The notes below the pieces were generated by a model. The model worked only from the letters and a program-made list of their open reading frames with translations, was not told the origin of the DNA and ran no database searches. The position numbers were made by a program, and so were the translations under genes. A stretch of DNA of 64,000 bases from Ptychomitrium polyphyllum (lineage: Eukaryota), in the NCBI GenBank assembly GCA_973851085.1, contig OZ316775.1, positions 12,524,001-12,588,000 of the forward strand, written 5' to 3'. Shown piece after piece: positions 51,601 through 64,000 of this stretch (within the stretch, counting starts at the first letter, position 1; every line of letters starts with the position of its first letter).

Positions 51601-53557
51601 AGCGGCAGAGATCAACTATGATATACATGATAAAGAACTACTTGCAATTGTGGATGCGTTTGAAGAATGGCGACACTTATTGGAAGGAGCTCAACACACC
51701 ATCACAATATACACAGACCACAAGAACTTGGAGTATTTCATGAGTGGCGCGCGTTTTGAATCGCCGTCAAGCAAGGTGGAGTATGTCGCTTTCCAGATTT
51801 GACTTTGTCATTACCTATCGATTGGGTAGCTTGCAAGGTAAGTCAGATGCCTTATCTCGAAGATCTTATTTAGCTCCTCAACTTGGAGATGATGTTTTAA
51901 ATCAACAAAGGACAATTTTATTGAAGCTTGAGAATCTTCAATTGAAAGCAGCCATTATTACGACAACATCCCATTTTGACAAAATTCGGAAGGCTTTAAA
52001 GAATGACGTCTTTGTTTCAAATATAAAGAAGCGCCTTAAAGACAATGGAAATCCTTCAAATAGCAATGAAGATTTTGAATTCCAAGAGGGCATACTTTAT
52101 TATAAAGGACTTTTGTACCTACCTCCAGGCCCTTTGCGGTTGAAGATCCTTCAAGTACGTCATGATTTTCCAGCAGCAGGACATTTTGGATTCAATAAAA
52201 CAATGGAATTGATTGCTAGAGACTATTGGTGGCCACAAATGTAGAAGTACGTAAAGGACTTTGTTTGATCATGCAACACTTGTGCAAGAGCCAAGGTACC
52301 AAGACACCAACCTCATGGTCTCCTCCATCCGCTTCCAGTGCCAAAGGACCCATGGTTGTCTTTATCAATGGATTTTATCACGGACCTTCCAAATTCCAAA
52401 TCAAAGGATTTTATTTTGGTAGTGGTGGATCGATTTACCAAAATGGCACATTTCATTCCATGCAACAAGACGGTAACGGAAGAAGAAACTGCCAAGTTGT
52501 TCCTAAATCACGTCTACCGCATACATGGACTACCAGATGATATTGTATTCGATCGGGGGCCGCAGTTCATTTCCAACTTTTGGAGGGCTCTATTCCAGTT
52601 GTTGCTTGTAAAGATCAATCTTTCTTCAGCACACCATCCGCAAACTGATGGCCAAACCGAACGTGTAAATTAAATTTTGGAACAGTACCTTCGTTGTAGC
52701 ATAAACTACCAGCAAGACAATTGGATGGACCTCTTGCCTTTGGCAGAATTTGCTTACAACAATACGGTGCATTCTTCAACAAGTCAAAGTCCATTCTTTG
52801 CAAACTATGGGCATCATCCTCGAACAGATCCATTTCAAGTGAAGCATGTTGGAAGTCCTGCAGTTAAGGATTTTGTAACTCAACTTGCTAAAATCCATCA
52901 AGAAATTACCTTCCAATTACAACAAGCTCAAGAGCGTTACAAAACTTATGCAGATCGCTATCACAAAGACCATTCAAAGTTCAAGGTTGGAGAGAGCGTA
53001 TGGCTCCTACGACAAAATATACAGATAAACAGACCATCAAAGAAGTTGGACTATCAAAGGTTGGGACCGTTTGATATCAGCAAACAAATAAATCCGGTTA
53101 GTTATCGCCTAAAGCTACCACCAAGCATGCAAATTCATCCAATATTCCACGTATTGTTGTTGGAAACCTATAACAAATGATGTATACCAGAGAGAATTGT
53201 TCTTCCACCTCCTCCGCTGGAAATCAATAATGAAATTGAATATGAAATGGAAGAGATCTTAGATTCACGCATCAAGAACGGACGTGTGGAGTACCTAATA
53301 CATTGGCAAGGATATGGCATCAATGACCAAACATGGGAACCTTCAACGAATGTAACAAATGTATCCGAGAAGGTACACGAATTTCATCAAAGATATCCTT
53401 AGAAACCAGGTTAGTGATGATGTGTCATCAGCGGCCATTAGCTTTACAGAGAAGTTTTTTCTTCATAGACAAGTATAAGAAGGGAAGAGAGATATCCAAA
53501 CTTCCAATTGTATGCAGCATTATTTCCAAGATAGATCATTTCCAGATCCTAGCCAGT

Positions 53558-53989
53558 ATGTCAAATCTTTGTGTTATCATGGATATGCGTGAAGAGCAGT
53601 CGGCCATGCCTTCATCAACAACAGCATCTGTTGAGCCAATTCAACTTTCTCAGCCCTCAGTAACGGAGAATCTAAGTCAAGATATGAGAGGGACATCCCA
53701 ACGTCAAGTACAACCTCGTGCAGAAGTATTGACCAGTCGCCCTTCACATTCCAGTCTTGATTCAGATGCTGGCGCTCTAGTCATCTTGTTAGAAATTGGA
53801 AGAGTCACTCCTGGAGGATCCGAAATCTTGTTTGGAGGATGTTTTGAAGGACTTAATCAAGATCAGATCTTGGGATGGGACATTTCAACAACAGAAGTCT
53901 TGGCTGGTGGCCATCGGCGTTTCTTGCAAGGACCAGTTGAACCAGTGAACAGAGAACAACGAGCAGAGTATGTTGCTTCACTCCTTTGA
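53558..53989 (+). CDS. Extra ORF (143 aa) of unknown function between pol and the 3' LTR of the chromovirus
   Basis: MSNLCVIMDMREEQSAMPSSTTASVEP...RAEYVASLL. A colinear homolog lies at 62795-~62367 (-) in another copy. Confidence 0.5.
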   Translation: MSNLCVIMDMREEQSAMPSSTTASVEPIQLSQPSVTENLSQDMRGTSQRQVQPRAEVLTSRPSHSSLDSDAGALVILLEIGRVTPGGSEILFGGCFEGLNQDQILGWDISTTEVLAGGHRRFLQGPVEPVNREQRAEYVASLL

Positions 53990-54071
53990 CAAATTTTGGA
54001 ATTTGTAGAAATGTGATAAGCAAGCCAAGAAAAGAGCTCCTCATGGGACTCGTCGCTAAATGGGGAGGTGA

Positions 54072-54610
54072 TGTCATGGACACTGATCATGCAACATAGT
54101 CCTTAGAACATTCTAGAACCTTCTAGTATACCATAATAGCTTCTTAGAATATTATTAGATGTCTCCATAGTCCTTCCATGTTCTTAGGAAGCTTCCTAGG
54201 AAAGTTTTCCCACCTTAGGAATCTTCCAAGGAAGGGTCCATCATCTTAAGGAACTTCCTAGGAAGGTTCCAACTCCTTGGAAGACTCTTAGGAAGGTTTC
54301 AACTTCTGTGAAGACTCTTAGGAAGGTTCCAACATTTTAGGAAACTTCTTGGGAAGGTTCCCTAGACTTCCAAAACATTTTTTATCCTTGTAGGAAGTTT
54401 CTTTAGAAGTATCCTAGGAAATACAAACGTCATAGTATAAATAGGAGGCAAGAGAAGGTATTCCTTAGTCTTGCCAACACAAGTTGTGGATCATCTTGAA
54501 TCCTGCCTTGTTCTAGTCTTTGTATCAAGTTTTTGTTAATCATTAGCTCTTTGGAAGTTAATTCTTGGGAAACACTTCGTTTCCGTTTCTTGTTTCTTGT
54601 GTCTCTAACA
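54072..54610 (+). repeat. 3' LTR
   Basis: Preceded by the PPT; homologous to 48030-48672 but with fewer internal repeat units. Confidence 0.95.
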
Positions 54611-56519
54611 GTACCAATTAGAGTCATTCTAGTGACTAACTATGGTTAAGGGTGGTTAGGCTAGTTGAGTTTATGAAAAATATCAAAAAATTATGGAAGC
54701 ATTTATTTATGGCAAAGAAGTGAATCAGTGGTTAGACTTAATTAGTATTTTACAATGATTAATGACTAGGAAGTATGATTAGATTAGCAAGTTGTATAAG
54801 GAGGTTCTAGAAGAATTTCCTCCATGTAAAAGTACTATAGAACACTTGCTATAATCAAGTGCAAACAAAGTACAAAAAGAAAAGAGAAAAGACATTGCAA
54901 GTAGTTTAAACTAAGTTAGTGATAGACTACAAAAATTTAGTAACAAGTTAGTATTTAGTTACTAGAAACTTAGATGAATTGATTGAAGTTAATTGTAAGT
55001 AGATTGGAACATAAGTTAAGTTAGTATGACCATCCAAGTTAGTGCAAGGAGTTAGAAATGGTTGAGGTTGGTTAGGTGCCTACCTTGTCATGGAGATAAA
55101 GCAGCTTAGTCTAAAATTAGGTGCTGGAATTCAAAGTTAGGGCACAATGCTAAAACATAGAAAGGTAGCCAAGACAGAAGTAGGAGAAGAAAGTGAGGGT
55201 GAAAGTGGGGAATGCCAAAACTTTGACGAGAGATTGCAAACAAATGATAGTTAATTATAATAGTGGATTTTTGTAAGAAGAAGGTAGAAGAAGCAAGGAT
55301 TTTAATAAGCTAAGAGTCGCCCAATTCCAATAAGGGACAAGGCGGTGGCGGATTTTTTAGTGGAAGGAGGCTGGCTGCCGTTGCAGCTTAAGATTTTCAA
55401 CTTTGGAGGAGCAGATCATTGCGCATACAACTCCAAACAGAGCGAGAATTGTTGGAGAGGGTAGATTAAATTGTAAAAAATTTATACACACTAAGATTAC
55501 AAGATTTGGAGCTATAAGGCGTGGGTGGCGGCTGATTTGGTGCGACAACGTCTATTGCCGGCAATTTCATTGTGGTTACTTAGGATTGAAACTTGCCCTC
55601 AGATTTTGGTTGTTTTCCCTCTCGCCTTTAGATATCAAGTTTTGAAATTTTGAAAGGAATTAGATCTAGTTGTTGCAGTTCTATAAACACCAAGATCATA
55701 AGATTTAAAGTTGTGAAGCACCTGTGGCATCTAATTTGGTGTGAAGGAGTCTTGCTGCCTTAAGCAGAAAGTGTTGTGAGGTTGATTAGAGTAATAGTTT
55801 GGTGGCTAGTGGTTTGGACCACTGAATAAGTGAAAATACCTTCTTAAATGAAGGCCAACTAACTCATCAAAGTCTTCTAAAAATATTAAGTCGTTAGAGT
55901 TGTAGTAAACAAGTAGTAATTTAGTACATAGCTATTTTACTACACTTCTAGTTAGATGTTCATTAATGTATGAGAAGACTTGAACAATTATGAATTTGAT
56001 TCTAATCTAATAAAATTTGACCTTGGACTACAATGCAGCTTAGATAATCATAGCCTTAATAGAATTATGTGAACTAAATTGGCTTTTTATAAAACAAAGG
56101 TTAATGTAGGCTCATAAAGTTCCGTACCTTTGTTACGATAGCGTGCTTCAAAAATCGTTTTTGGATAATCTTTGTAAGTTGGTTCCACTTCAAAAACAAT
56201 CATTAACAATCTATTGTTGAATATACGTTGTTGTCTTCTTGGTCCAATCTATTCTTCATTACAAGGTTGTCCATAAGAGCCACTTGATTGAGTTGACACC
56301 ACTGAAATGGTATTTGCATCTTGATTGTCTATATTTAATGTATCGAGCTATTCTCAAGGTACTATGACAAATTTAAAAATGCAAACAACTAATTTCTAAA
56401 TCAATACGACGGCTATGGAAACTTATGATTTAGAAATTGCTTTCTCTTCTATATGAAAACCTAAACTTTAAGAGCCTTCAAGGTTACGCAATCTTACCGA
56501 GCCATTGTTCCTTATGCTG

Positions 56520-59500
56520 CTATTTTTTGTTTGAATGGATGTTGTCAATGGAATTCACAAACTTTCATTAGTGATTTGGCTTGATTATTAATTGGCTTCC
56601 ATGTATGTGCACTGATGCCATATTTGCGCCAATGTACCTAGTATACCAACTTTCCACGTCTTATTTGTAAGTCAAGTACTTCTTCTATTTCAAATTCATG
56701 ATGATTGTCGATTTTGACCACAAGTGGTGGTAATTTCCTTTGTCCAAGAATATTTAATTCCTTATAAGTTTTCAAAAGTGAAACATGAAAGACAGAATGT
56801 AACTTCATTGATATTGGTAGTTCCAAAAAACATTTTATATAATTGACTAATTTTTTGTTTGCAAATGGTCCCAATCTGCAATAGTCTAGCTTGTCACATT
56901 GCCTACTAGTCCTTATATTGCCTCAAAAGAGCCACACCTTCTCACCAACTTGAAATGGAGGTTGTTCCTTCTTTGTTGCATCTGCTATTGTTTTGTATTG
57001 TTCTTAAGCTTCTTTTAGTTGAGTCTTCATGGTTGTTTGAAGCTCTTCCATTCTTGTGGCAAATTCCTATGCAGTTGGATTTTTAGGTTGTGGAGGCTAT
57101 ACCATATCTATCTTTGGATGACGTCCATAATTAGAGTAGAATGATGTTTGTTGGATGGAAGTGTGAGTGGTGTTGTTGTAAACAAACTCAGCCTATGTCA
57201 AATAGGAAGTCCAATCATCTTATTGATAGTTGATGGTGCATCTTAAATATTGCTCCAAGATCTAGCAAACTTGCTCTGTTCGGCCATCGATTTGAAGATG
57301 GAAGGCAGAAGAAAGTTTGATGTCCATCTTAATGGTTTTACAAAGTGACTTCTGAAATCTTGATACAAACTGTGGTCCACAATCCGATATGATATTGTTG
57401 GGTAAACCATGGTAGCGGTAGACATTATCCATGAAGAGTGTGGCAATTTCTTCACTTATAATTGTCTTCTTGCAAGGTACAAAATGTGCCATCTTAGTCA
57501 ACCGGTCTACCACAATAAAGATGGTATCAAAAAAAATTGACGGTATAAAATCCGTAATGAAATCCATTGAAACAGACGTCTACGGTTGTTTTCAAATAGG
57601 TAGTGGTTGGAGAAATCCATATGAACGATGTCGAGGGTTTTTTGACCTAGAGCAACTATCACACTAGAGTACAATTTTCTTAATGGCCTTTCACATTTGA
57701 AGCCACCAAAAGTCGCAAGAGAAGAATTCCAAGGTTTTATTGAATCCAAAATATCCAGCCGCAAGAAAGTCATGACGTATTTGAAGGATACAAAGGCAAA
57801 CTGATCCTTAAAGAATATATAAACGTTCTTCAAAGTAGAGAAAGTTGTCTTCTAATTTGACCTCAGATACATCTTCAGGGAGGTTGTTGGAACGACGCTT
57901 GATATCAAGAACAAGAAGATCCTTTATAGATTCCACATGCACATGGTCATCAGAGTTGAAATGATGGTTGTGCATATACAAAATTGTTTGGATTTCAATA
58001 AAGCTGCTCGTTGTTGATTGTGTGCTGCCTTTTTCTCTTTTGGCGCAAGGTATGATTGCCTTGACAAAGAATCTGATAATACTTGTTGTTTTTCATATTG
58101 ATATGATGCAAAAATCAAATTAAAATAGAGACATACTCCAAAGAGCTTAACAGCGATTCAAAACACGGGCTGACATAAAATATTCTAAGTTCTTATAATT
58201 TGTATATACAATAACTAGATGTGCGGTTCCCTTGAGCAAGTGATGCCATTCTTGGAAGGAATCCATAATTGCAAGGAGTTCCTTGCCGTGGATCTCATAG
58301 TTGATTTCTGCAACTAAATTTTTTCTAAAATGGAATACAATTGGATAGGGTCTCACTTTTTTCCTTGTTTGTAACAAAAATGCTCCTGGTGCAAAGTTGA
58401 AAACATCTATCTCAAAATAAAATTGCTTTAAAAAGTCTAAATGAATTAAAATAGGAATTGTGATAAAAACTCGCTTCAAATTTTAAAATGCATCTTCAGC
58501 ATTGGAACTCCACTCAAACACTTTCTTGCATGTTAGTTGCGTAAGTGGTATAACTGTTCAAGAATAGTCCCTGATGAAGAACCTATAGAAGTTTGTAAAT
58601 CCAAGAAAGCATTAAACATCACGTATTGATTTTGGCCTTGTCCAATTGCTAACTACTTTGACCTTATTTGGATACATCAATAGTCCTTTGTTGGAGATGA
58701 TATATCCAAGGAATTCCACCTGAGGTTCTTGGAATACACATTTTTCCAACTTGGAATACAAACCGAAATCTTGTAGCTTTTCTAAGATTATGGGGACATG
58801 TCCTTCATGTTCCTCTGGATTCTTTGAATAGATCAAGATATCATCCAAATTTCATATGACAAGACCACCAAGGCATTTCCAAAATGTGTCATTCATCAAG
58901 TACTAAAAAAGAGTGGGTGCGTTGATAAGTCCAAAAGACATAACATTGTATTTTGAATGTCCATACCTTATTTGAAAAGACATCTTTCATTTGTCTCCTT
59001 CTTTGAGGCGCACTAAATTGTAGGCTCTTTGCAGGTTTATTTTGGTATAGATGTTTGATTGGCCGAGTTGATCAAGAAGCCTAGGTATAAGCAGCAATGG
59101 ATATTGGTTCTTCACCGTCAATTTGTTGAGGCCGCAGTAATTGATACACATTTGTAAGAATTCATCTTTCTTCTTTACAAAAAGTATCGGAGTACTAGTA
59201 GGAGGCTTTGATTTTTGAATGAAGTTCTTGGCTTAATTTTCATCAATATACACTTTCAATTTTGAAAGCTCGTTTTGGAATAAATTATAAATAGATCCAA
59301 ATGGTGGCTTAGCACCATCTTGGACATCTATGGCACAATTGTACGGACAATGTTTTGGTAAGGTATTTGTAGCCTTTTTTTTGAATCTATTGTTGAATTC
59401 TTTATACTTTCCTGGAATGACTAAGGATGAAGCCACAACTTTGGACATTAAAATTGCATATACAACAAAAGAAGCACTAGTCTTTGCTACTTTTACAAAT

Positions 59501-61551
59501 GCTCTAGCTGTAATGAAAAGAGGCTTTATGGACTTAGATTTATAAGATGCTTCAGCTTGCTCCCTAGACTTAGTAGTTACAGATTTTAATGATGGAAATT
59601 CTATTTTGCAAGATGCTCAATCTATCTGCGGTTGTACTTTTGAAGCTAAGAAAGCCTTAGAATGATGGACTTGACGAAGATCTAATGACATTAAATATCA
59701 CTATGCTACTATGATTGTTCAATGTTACTGTTAATGGATTGGATTCATGAATAACATCTCTAGAAGATAACGGTCAACCATCTATGATTTGTATATGGAC
59801 GGGTTTGGATTTTCTACTAAAAGGAAATTGATGGGTTTTTATAAATTCTTTGTTACTAAAGGAAAGAAAAATTCTTGAATCTATAATAGCATTGTTTTTT
59901 AGCTTGTGAATACCTAAACAAACAAGTATAGTAAAACCAGAGGAATGATGGATCAATGGAATAGGACCTTTATTTTCTTGCAAACTTTTTTCTAATTGCA
60001 AAGCCTCTACTATGGTTGAACGTCCTCGTTTTTCTGCAACGCATTTGGCATGGTAGTTGTATTTCTCATTGGATATGTACGTAGAGGTTTCTATAAGCAA
60101 TTATCAACCTTATGGCTGGATTTTTCACAGTACAAATGCAACCTTTGTTTCCATCATCAATTCTTCTCATGTTCAGTAAGGAGTTTGAAGCAAATTGTAT
60201 TAAATTGCATGGCTTCCGCTCCCAAAGAATTCTTTGAGGTAGATCGGACTGCAGCTACTGAAAGATTGATATAAGGCCAAGGCGTAATTAAAGTCTGTTT
60301 ATCTTATCAATGTTGAAATAGACAATTATCATACTACAAAGCTTGGGTAGTGGCCTCATTATGTGTTTGAAGGTTTGGCATGGATAGCAATAAATCCATA
60401 ACCTTGTTGCATACGTCCTAATGAAATTGACTCATCAGCACTTCTTCTTTCCAATTGATGTTGCATGCAAGTTGTCAAAAATTTGATGTATAAAATTGAC
60501 ATAATACGTGGCCCTTGGCGCAAGGCATGAATTTTAGTAGTTGGTTGTCATGGTCACCAAATGCTTTTGCAAACGCGGCTAGAAACACATCAAAGTTGCT
60601 AAGTATGACGGAATTCTTCTCAAAAAGTATTGCAAACCAGAACAATGCTTGTCCTAAGAGCAATGTTCACATTAAACCAACACACAAAGCGTCTGTAGGA
60701 TACCGTTGAGGTTGAAGCAAGGTAACAAATTGAACTTGGTTTACAAAGCCTCAAAATTTTGGATGGATACCATAAAACTTCTCCGAAAGGCTCATTCTTG
60801 GTTCTTTGGTTGTTGACATTGAATTCCTAGTTTGAACTTGTCTATCATCTACCAAATCAGGTCTAAATGATAAAGCACCTAAGTAAATTTGGGATAGCAA
60901 TTGCGGTGCTTTTGCTCCTTAACCATTGTATATAGTCAAACACAGTTCTTCATTTTGCTTGAATAAAGTCTTATTTTTTATTCTCAATGCTTCAAAAGCA
61001 TTAATAATGGACTTTAATTTTGTTTATTTTGAAATAATCATATTCAATTTTCCACCCCTTTGCTTAAAAATGAAATGGGAATAGATAAAAATTGCTAACT
61101 ACGTAAGAAACTAAAGAAAATTTTAGAAAAAATATCAGTCCAAAGGAAGGTAATCCACAAATCCTAGAATGCTATAGTGCTTTCAAAAAAGAGGGATGAT
61201 CCGCTCTCTATCAAAAAAGACCAAGTTCTAATATTAATATATAATAGTTCCAAGAAACTGTTACAGACAGATCAACCACAAAACAAGGCTCCAGGATTCC
61301 TGGATGTTGAACAAGATATATCCAAAATATAGTAGAGGTAAAGAACTACAATGAGGTACAAAAGACAAGGCTATAAAGTCTGAGCTAGACCACAAAAGAT
61401 TTGTTGTCCAGATTGAAGAGCACTTCACATTCATCTCCTATATATACTAGAATTACAAGCCTTAAAAGCATCTTGGAAAGCTTCACCTACATCTTTTTGT
61501 ACTCAAGCAACCTTGAGTTGCTTCTTTGGAAGTTTCCTAATCTAAATTAAA
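56520..61551 (-). mobile_element. Older, heavily degraded Ty3/Gypsy chromovirus of a related but distinct family (partial 5' LTR ~61259-61551, gag, PR, RT, RH, IN, chromodomain)
   Basis: Minus-strand fragments LPKHCPYNCAIDVQ, DDILIYSKNPEEH, NYEIHGKELLAIMD, MDFITD...VVDRLTKMAHF and HSVFHVSLLK...FEIEEVLD. The LTR-like segment ends ...TGTAACA at 61259 and contains a TATA box. Confidence 0.88.
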
Positions 61552-64000
61552 TATTAAAGACACAACAAACAAGAAGCAGAAACGAAGTATTTATTAAGAA
61601 TTAGCTTCCAAAGAGATAATGATTCACAAGAATTTGATATAAAAACTAGAACAAGGCGGGATATAAGATGATCTACAACTTGTGTTGGCAAGACTAAGGA
61701 ATACCTTATTTTGCCTCCTATTTATACTGTAGCGCTTGTATTTCCTAGGCTACTTCCAAAGAAGCTTCCTACAAGGCTTAAGAATGTTTTAAAAGTCTTT
61801 GAAACCTTTCCAAGAAGTTTCTTAAGATATTTGGACCTTCTTAAGAAACTTCTCAGAAATAGGAACCTTCCTTAGAAACTTTCCAAGGTGGTCAAACCTT
61901 CTTAGGAAGTTTCTTAAAGAGCTAGAACCTTTTCACGAAGTTACATGAGGTGGTGGTACTTTCTTAGGAAATTTCCTGATGTGATGGAAATTTCCTAGGA
62001 AGTTTTATAACGTGGTCTAAACTTTTTGAGAAGTTTCTTGAGGTAATGCAACCTTCCTAGGGAGTTCCGTGAGGTGGTGAAGCTTTCTTAGGAAGTTACC
62101 TAAAATGAACAGAACAATTTTAGAAGGTTTCTTGAGATAGTAGAACTTTCCTTGGAAATTTCTTAAAAATGTAGAAATATATTTATGGAAAATTTTGATA
62201 GTATTTTAAAAAGCTACTACAATTATCTAGAAGGTTTTAATATATTCTAAGGACTATGTTGCATAATCTATGTCCATGACATCACCTCCCCATTTAGTGA
62301 TGAGTTCCATGAGGAGCTCTTATTGTGGCTTGTTCGTCACATTTCCACAACTTCCAAAATTTGTTGAAGGAGTGAAACAACATATTCTGCTTGTTGTTTA
62401 TTGTTCACTGATTCAACTGGTCCTTGCAAAAAACATCGATGACCACCAGCCAAGAATTTTGTTGCTCAAATGTCCCATCTCAAGATCTGATCTTAATTAA
62501 GTCCTTTAAAATATCCTCCAAACAAGATCTCGGGTCCTCCAAGAGTAATTCTTCCAATTTCTAATAAAATGATTAGAGCGTGAGCATCTGAATCAAGATT
62601 GGAATGTGAAGGGCAACTAGCCAATACTTCTGCACAAGGTTGCACTCGATATTGGAATGTCCCTCTCATATCTTGACTTAGATCCTCCTTGACTGAAGGC
62701 TGAGAAAGTTGAGTTGGCTCAACAGAAGCTGTTATTGATGAAGGCATGGCCAATTGCTCTTTATGCATATCCATGATAACACAAGCATTTGACATCCTGG
62801 CTATGAAGAAAAAAATTCTTTGTTAAGCTAACAGCTAGTGATAATATGTCATTACTAACCTGATTTTTAGATATATTGTTGATGAATTTTGTATACCTTC
62901 TTACATGCATTTGTTGCATTCATCAAAGGTTCCCATGTTTGGTCATTGATGCCATATCCTTGCCAATATATAAGGTACTCCACACGTCCGTTTTTGATGC
63001 CCAAATCTAAAACCTCTTCAGCTTCATATTCCATTTTAGTATTGATTTCTAAAAGAAGAGGTGGAGGGCAACTCTTTCTAGTATGCATAACTTGTTATAG
63101 GTTTCCAACATCAATACGTTGAATACAAGATGAATTTGCATCCTTGGTGGTGGTTATAGGCAATAATTGACTGGATTTATTTGTATACTGATTTCAAATG
63201 GTCTTAGCCTTTGATAGTCTAGCTTATTCAACTATCTTTTTTTTTGTATATTTTGTCATACAAGCCATACGCTATCTCCAACCTTGAATTTTGGATGGTC
63301 ATTCCATTAACAATTTGCATAAAATTTATAACATTCTTGAGCTAATAATAACTAGAAAGAAATTTCTTGGTGGATTTTAGCAAGTTGAGTTGCAAAATCT
63401 TCTATTGCAAGACTTCCAACATACTTCACTTGAAATGAATTTGCTCGAGGATGATGGCCATAGTTTGCAAAGAATGGACTTTGAGTTATTGAAAAATACA
63501 TCATATTGTTGGAAGTAAACTATGCAAAAGGCAAGAAGTCCATTCAGTTGTCTTGCTGGTAGTTTATGCTACAACAAAGGTACTGCTCCAAAATTTGATT
63601 CACACGTTTGGTTTGACCATCAGTTTACAGATGATTTGCTGAAGGAAGATTGATCTTCACACGCAACAGCTAGAATAGAGCCCTCCAAAGTAAGGAATGA
63701 ACTACGGCTCTCGATCAGATACAACATCATTTGGTCATTCATGTATGCAATAGATGTGATTTAAAAACAATTTGGCAGTTTCTTCTCTTGTTACAATCTT
63801 ATTGCATGGAATGAAATATACCATCTTGGTAAATTAATCCACCACTACCAAAATACAATCTTTAGAATCGGAGTTTGGAAAGTCCATAATAAAATCCATT
63901 GATAATGACAACCATGGACCCTTTGGCACTGGAAGCGGATGGAGGAATCTATGAGGTTGGTGTCTTGGTACCTTAGCCCTTGTTCAAATGTTGCATAATC
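61552..64000 (-). mobile_element. 3' part of another copy of the 48030-family chromovirus (integrase, chromodomain, extra ORF, PPT, 3' LTR 61552-62281), running off the window end
   Basis: The reverse complement of 62281-61552 matches the LTR. PPT at 62282-62295. Chromodomain EYEAEEVLDLGIKNGRVEYLIYWQGYGINDQTWEP. Appears inserted into the LTR of the older element. Confidence 0.92.

Larger units (their letters stand above)
48030..54610 (+). mobile_element. Near full-length but inactivated Ty3/Gypsy chromovirus (LTR-gag-PR-RT-RH-IN-chromodomain-extra ORF-PPT-LTR)
   Basis: LTRs at 48030-48672 and 54072-54610 (TG...CA). It has a gag CCHC knuckle, RT ([23 protein letters not shown]), RNase H ([19 protein letters not shown]), integrase (GHFGFNKT, SMDFITDLP, HPQTDGQTERVN, GPF) and a chromodomain at ~53230-53400. 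The PPT AAATGGGGAGGTGA lies just before 54072. Multiple premature stops and frameshifts. Confidence 0.96.

Noticed and set aside
53333..53557. N-terminal part of the 218-aa ORF in the ORF track
   Set aside because: It overlaps the chromodomain out of frame and is not conserved as an open frame in the second copy; only the part from ATG 53558 is supported.

Overview
Eukaryotic nuclear DNA from a land plant, probably a moss such as Physcomitrium patens. This is inferred from the intron style, the nuclear-located mitochondrial rps10 and the chromovirus family; it is not proven. The first ~39 kb is gene-dense and intron-rich. It holds a decayed CDPK (CPK28-type) fragment, an oligopeptidase B-like S9A peptidase, a fatty acid amide hydrolase, a CYP71-clan P450 with an atypical I-helix, an organellar tyrosyl-tRNA synthetase, a nuclear copy of mitochondrial rps10 and a CLC-e-type chloride channel. 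From ~41.5 kb to the window end is a block of nested, decayed chromodomain-bearing Ty3/Gypsy LTR retrotransposons. The most striking structure is at 26.4-32.7 kb. A nuclear gene encoding only the domain X plus Zn/HNH-like tail of a matR-like group II intron maturase (no RT domain) shares two N-terminal mitochondrial-presequence exons with rps10. The shared exons are duplicated as an inverted repeat around the TyrRS gene. The retroelements show a Tf1-like self-priming PBS, a -1 frameshift signal at the gag/pol junction and a conserved extra ORF after pol. Exon structures are my manual GT-AG reconstructions, and family calls come from recalled motifs, not database searches.
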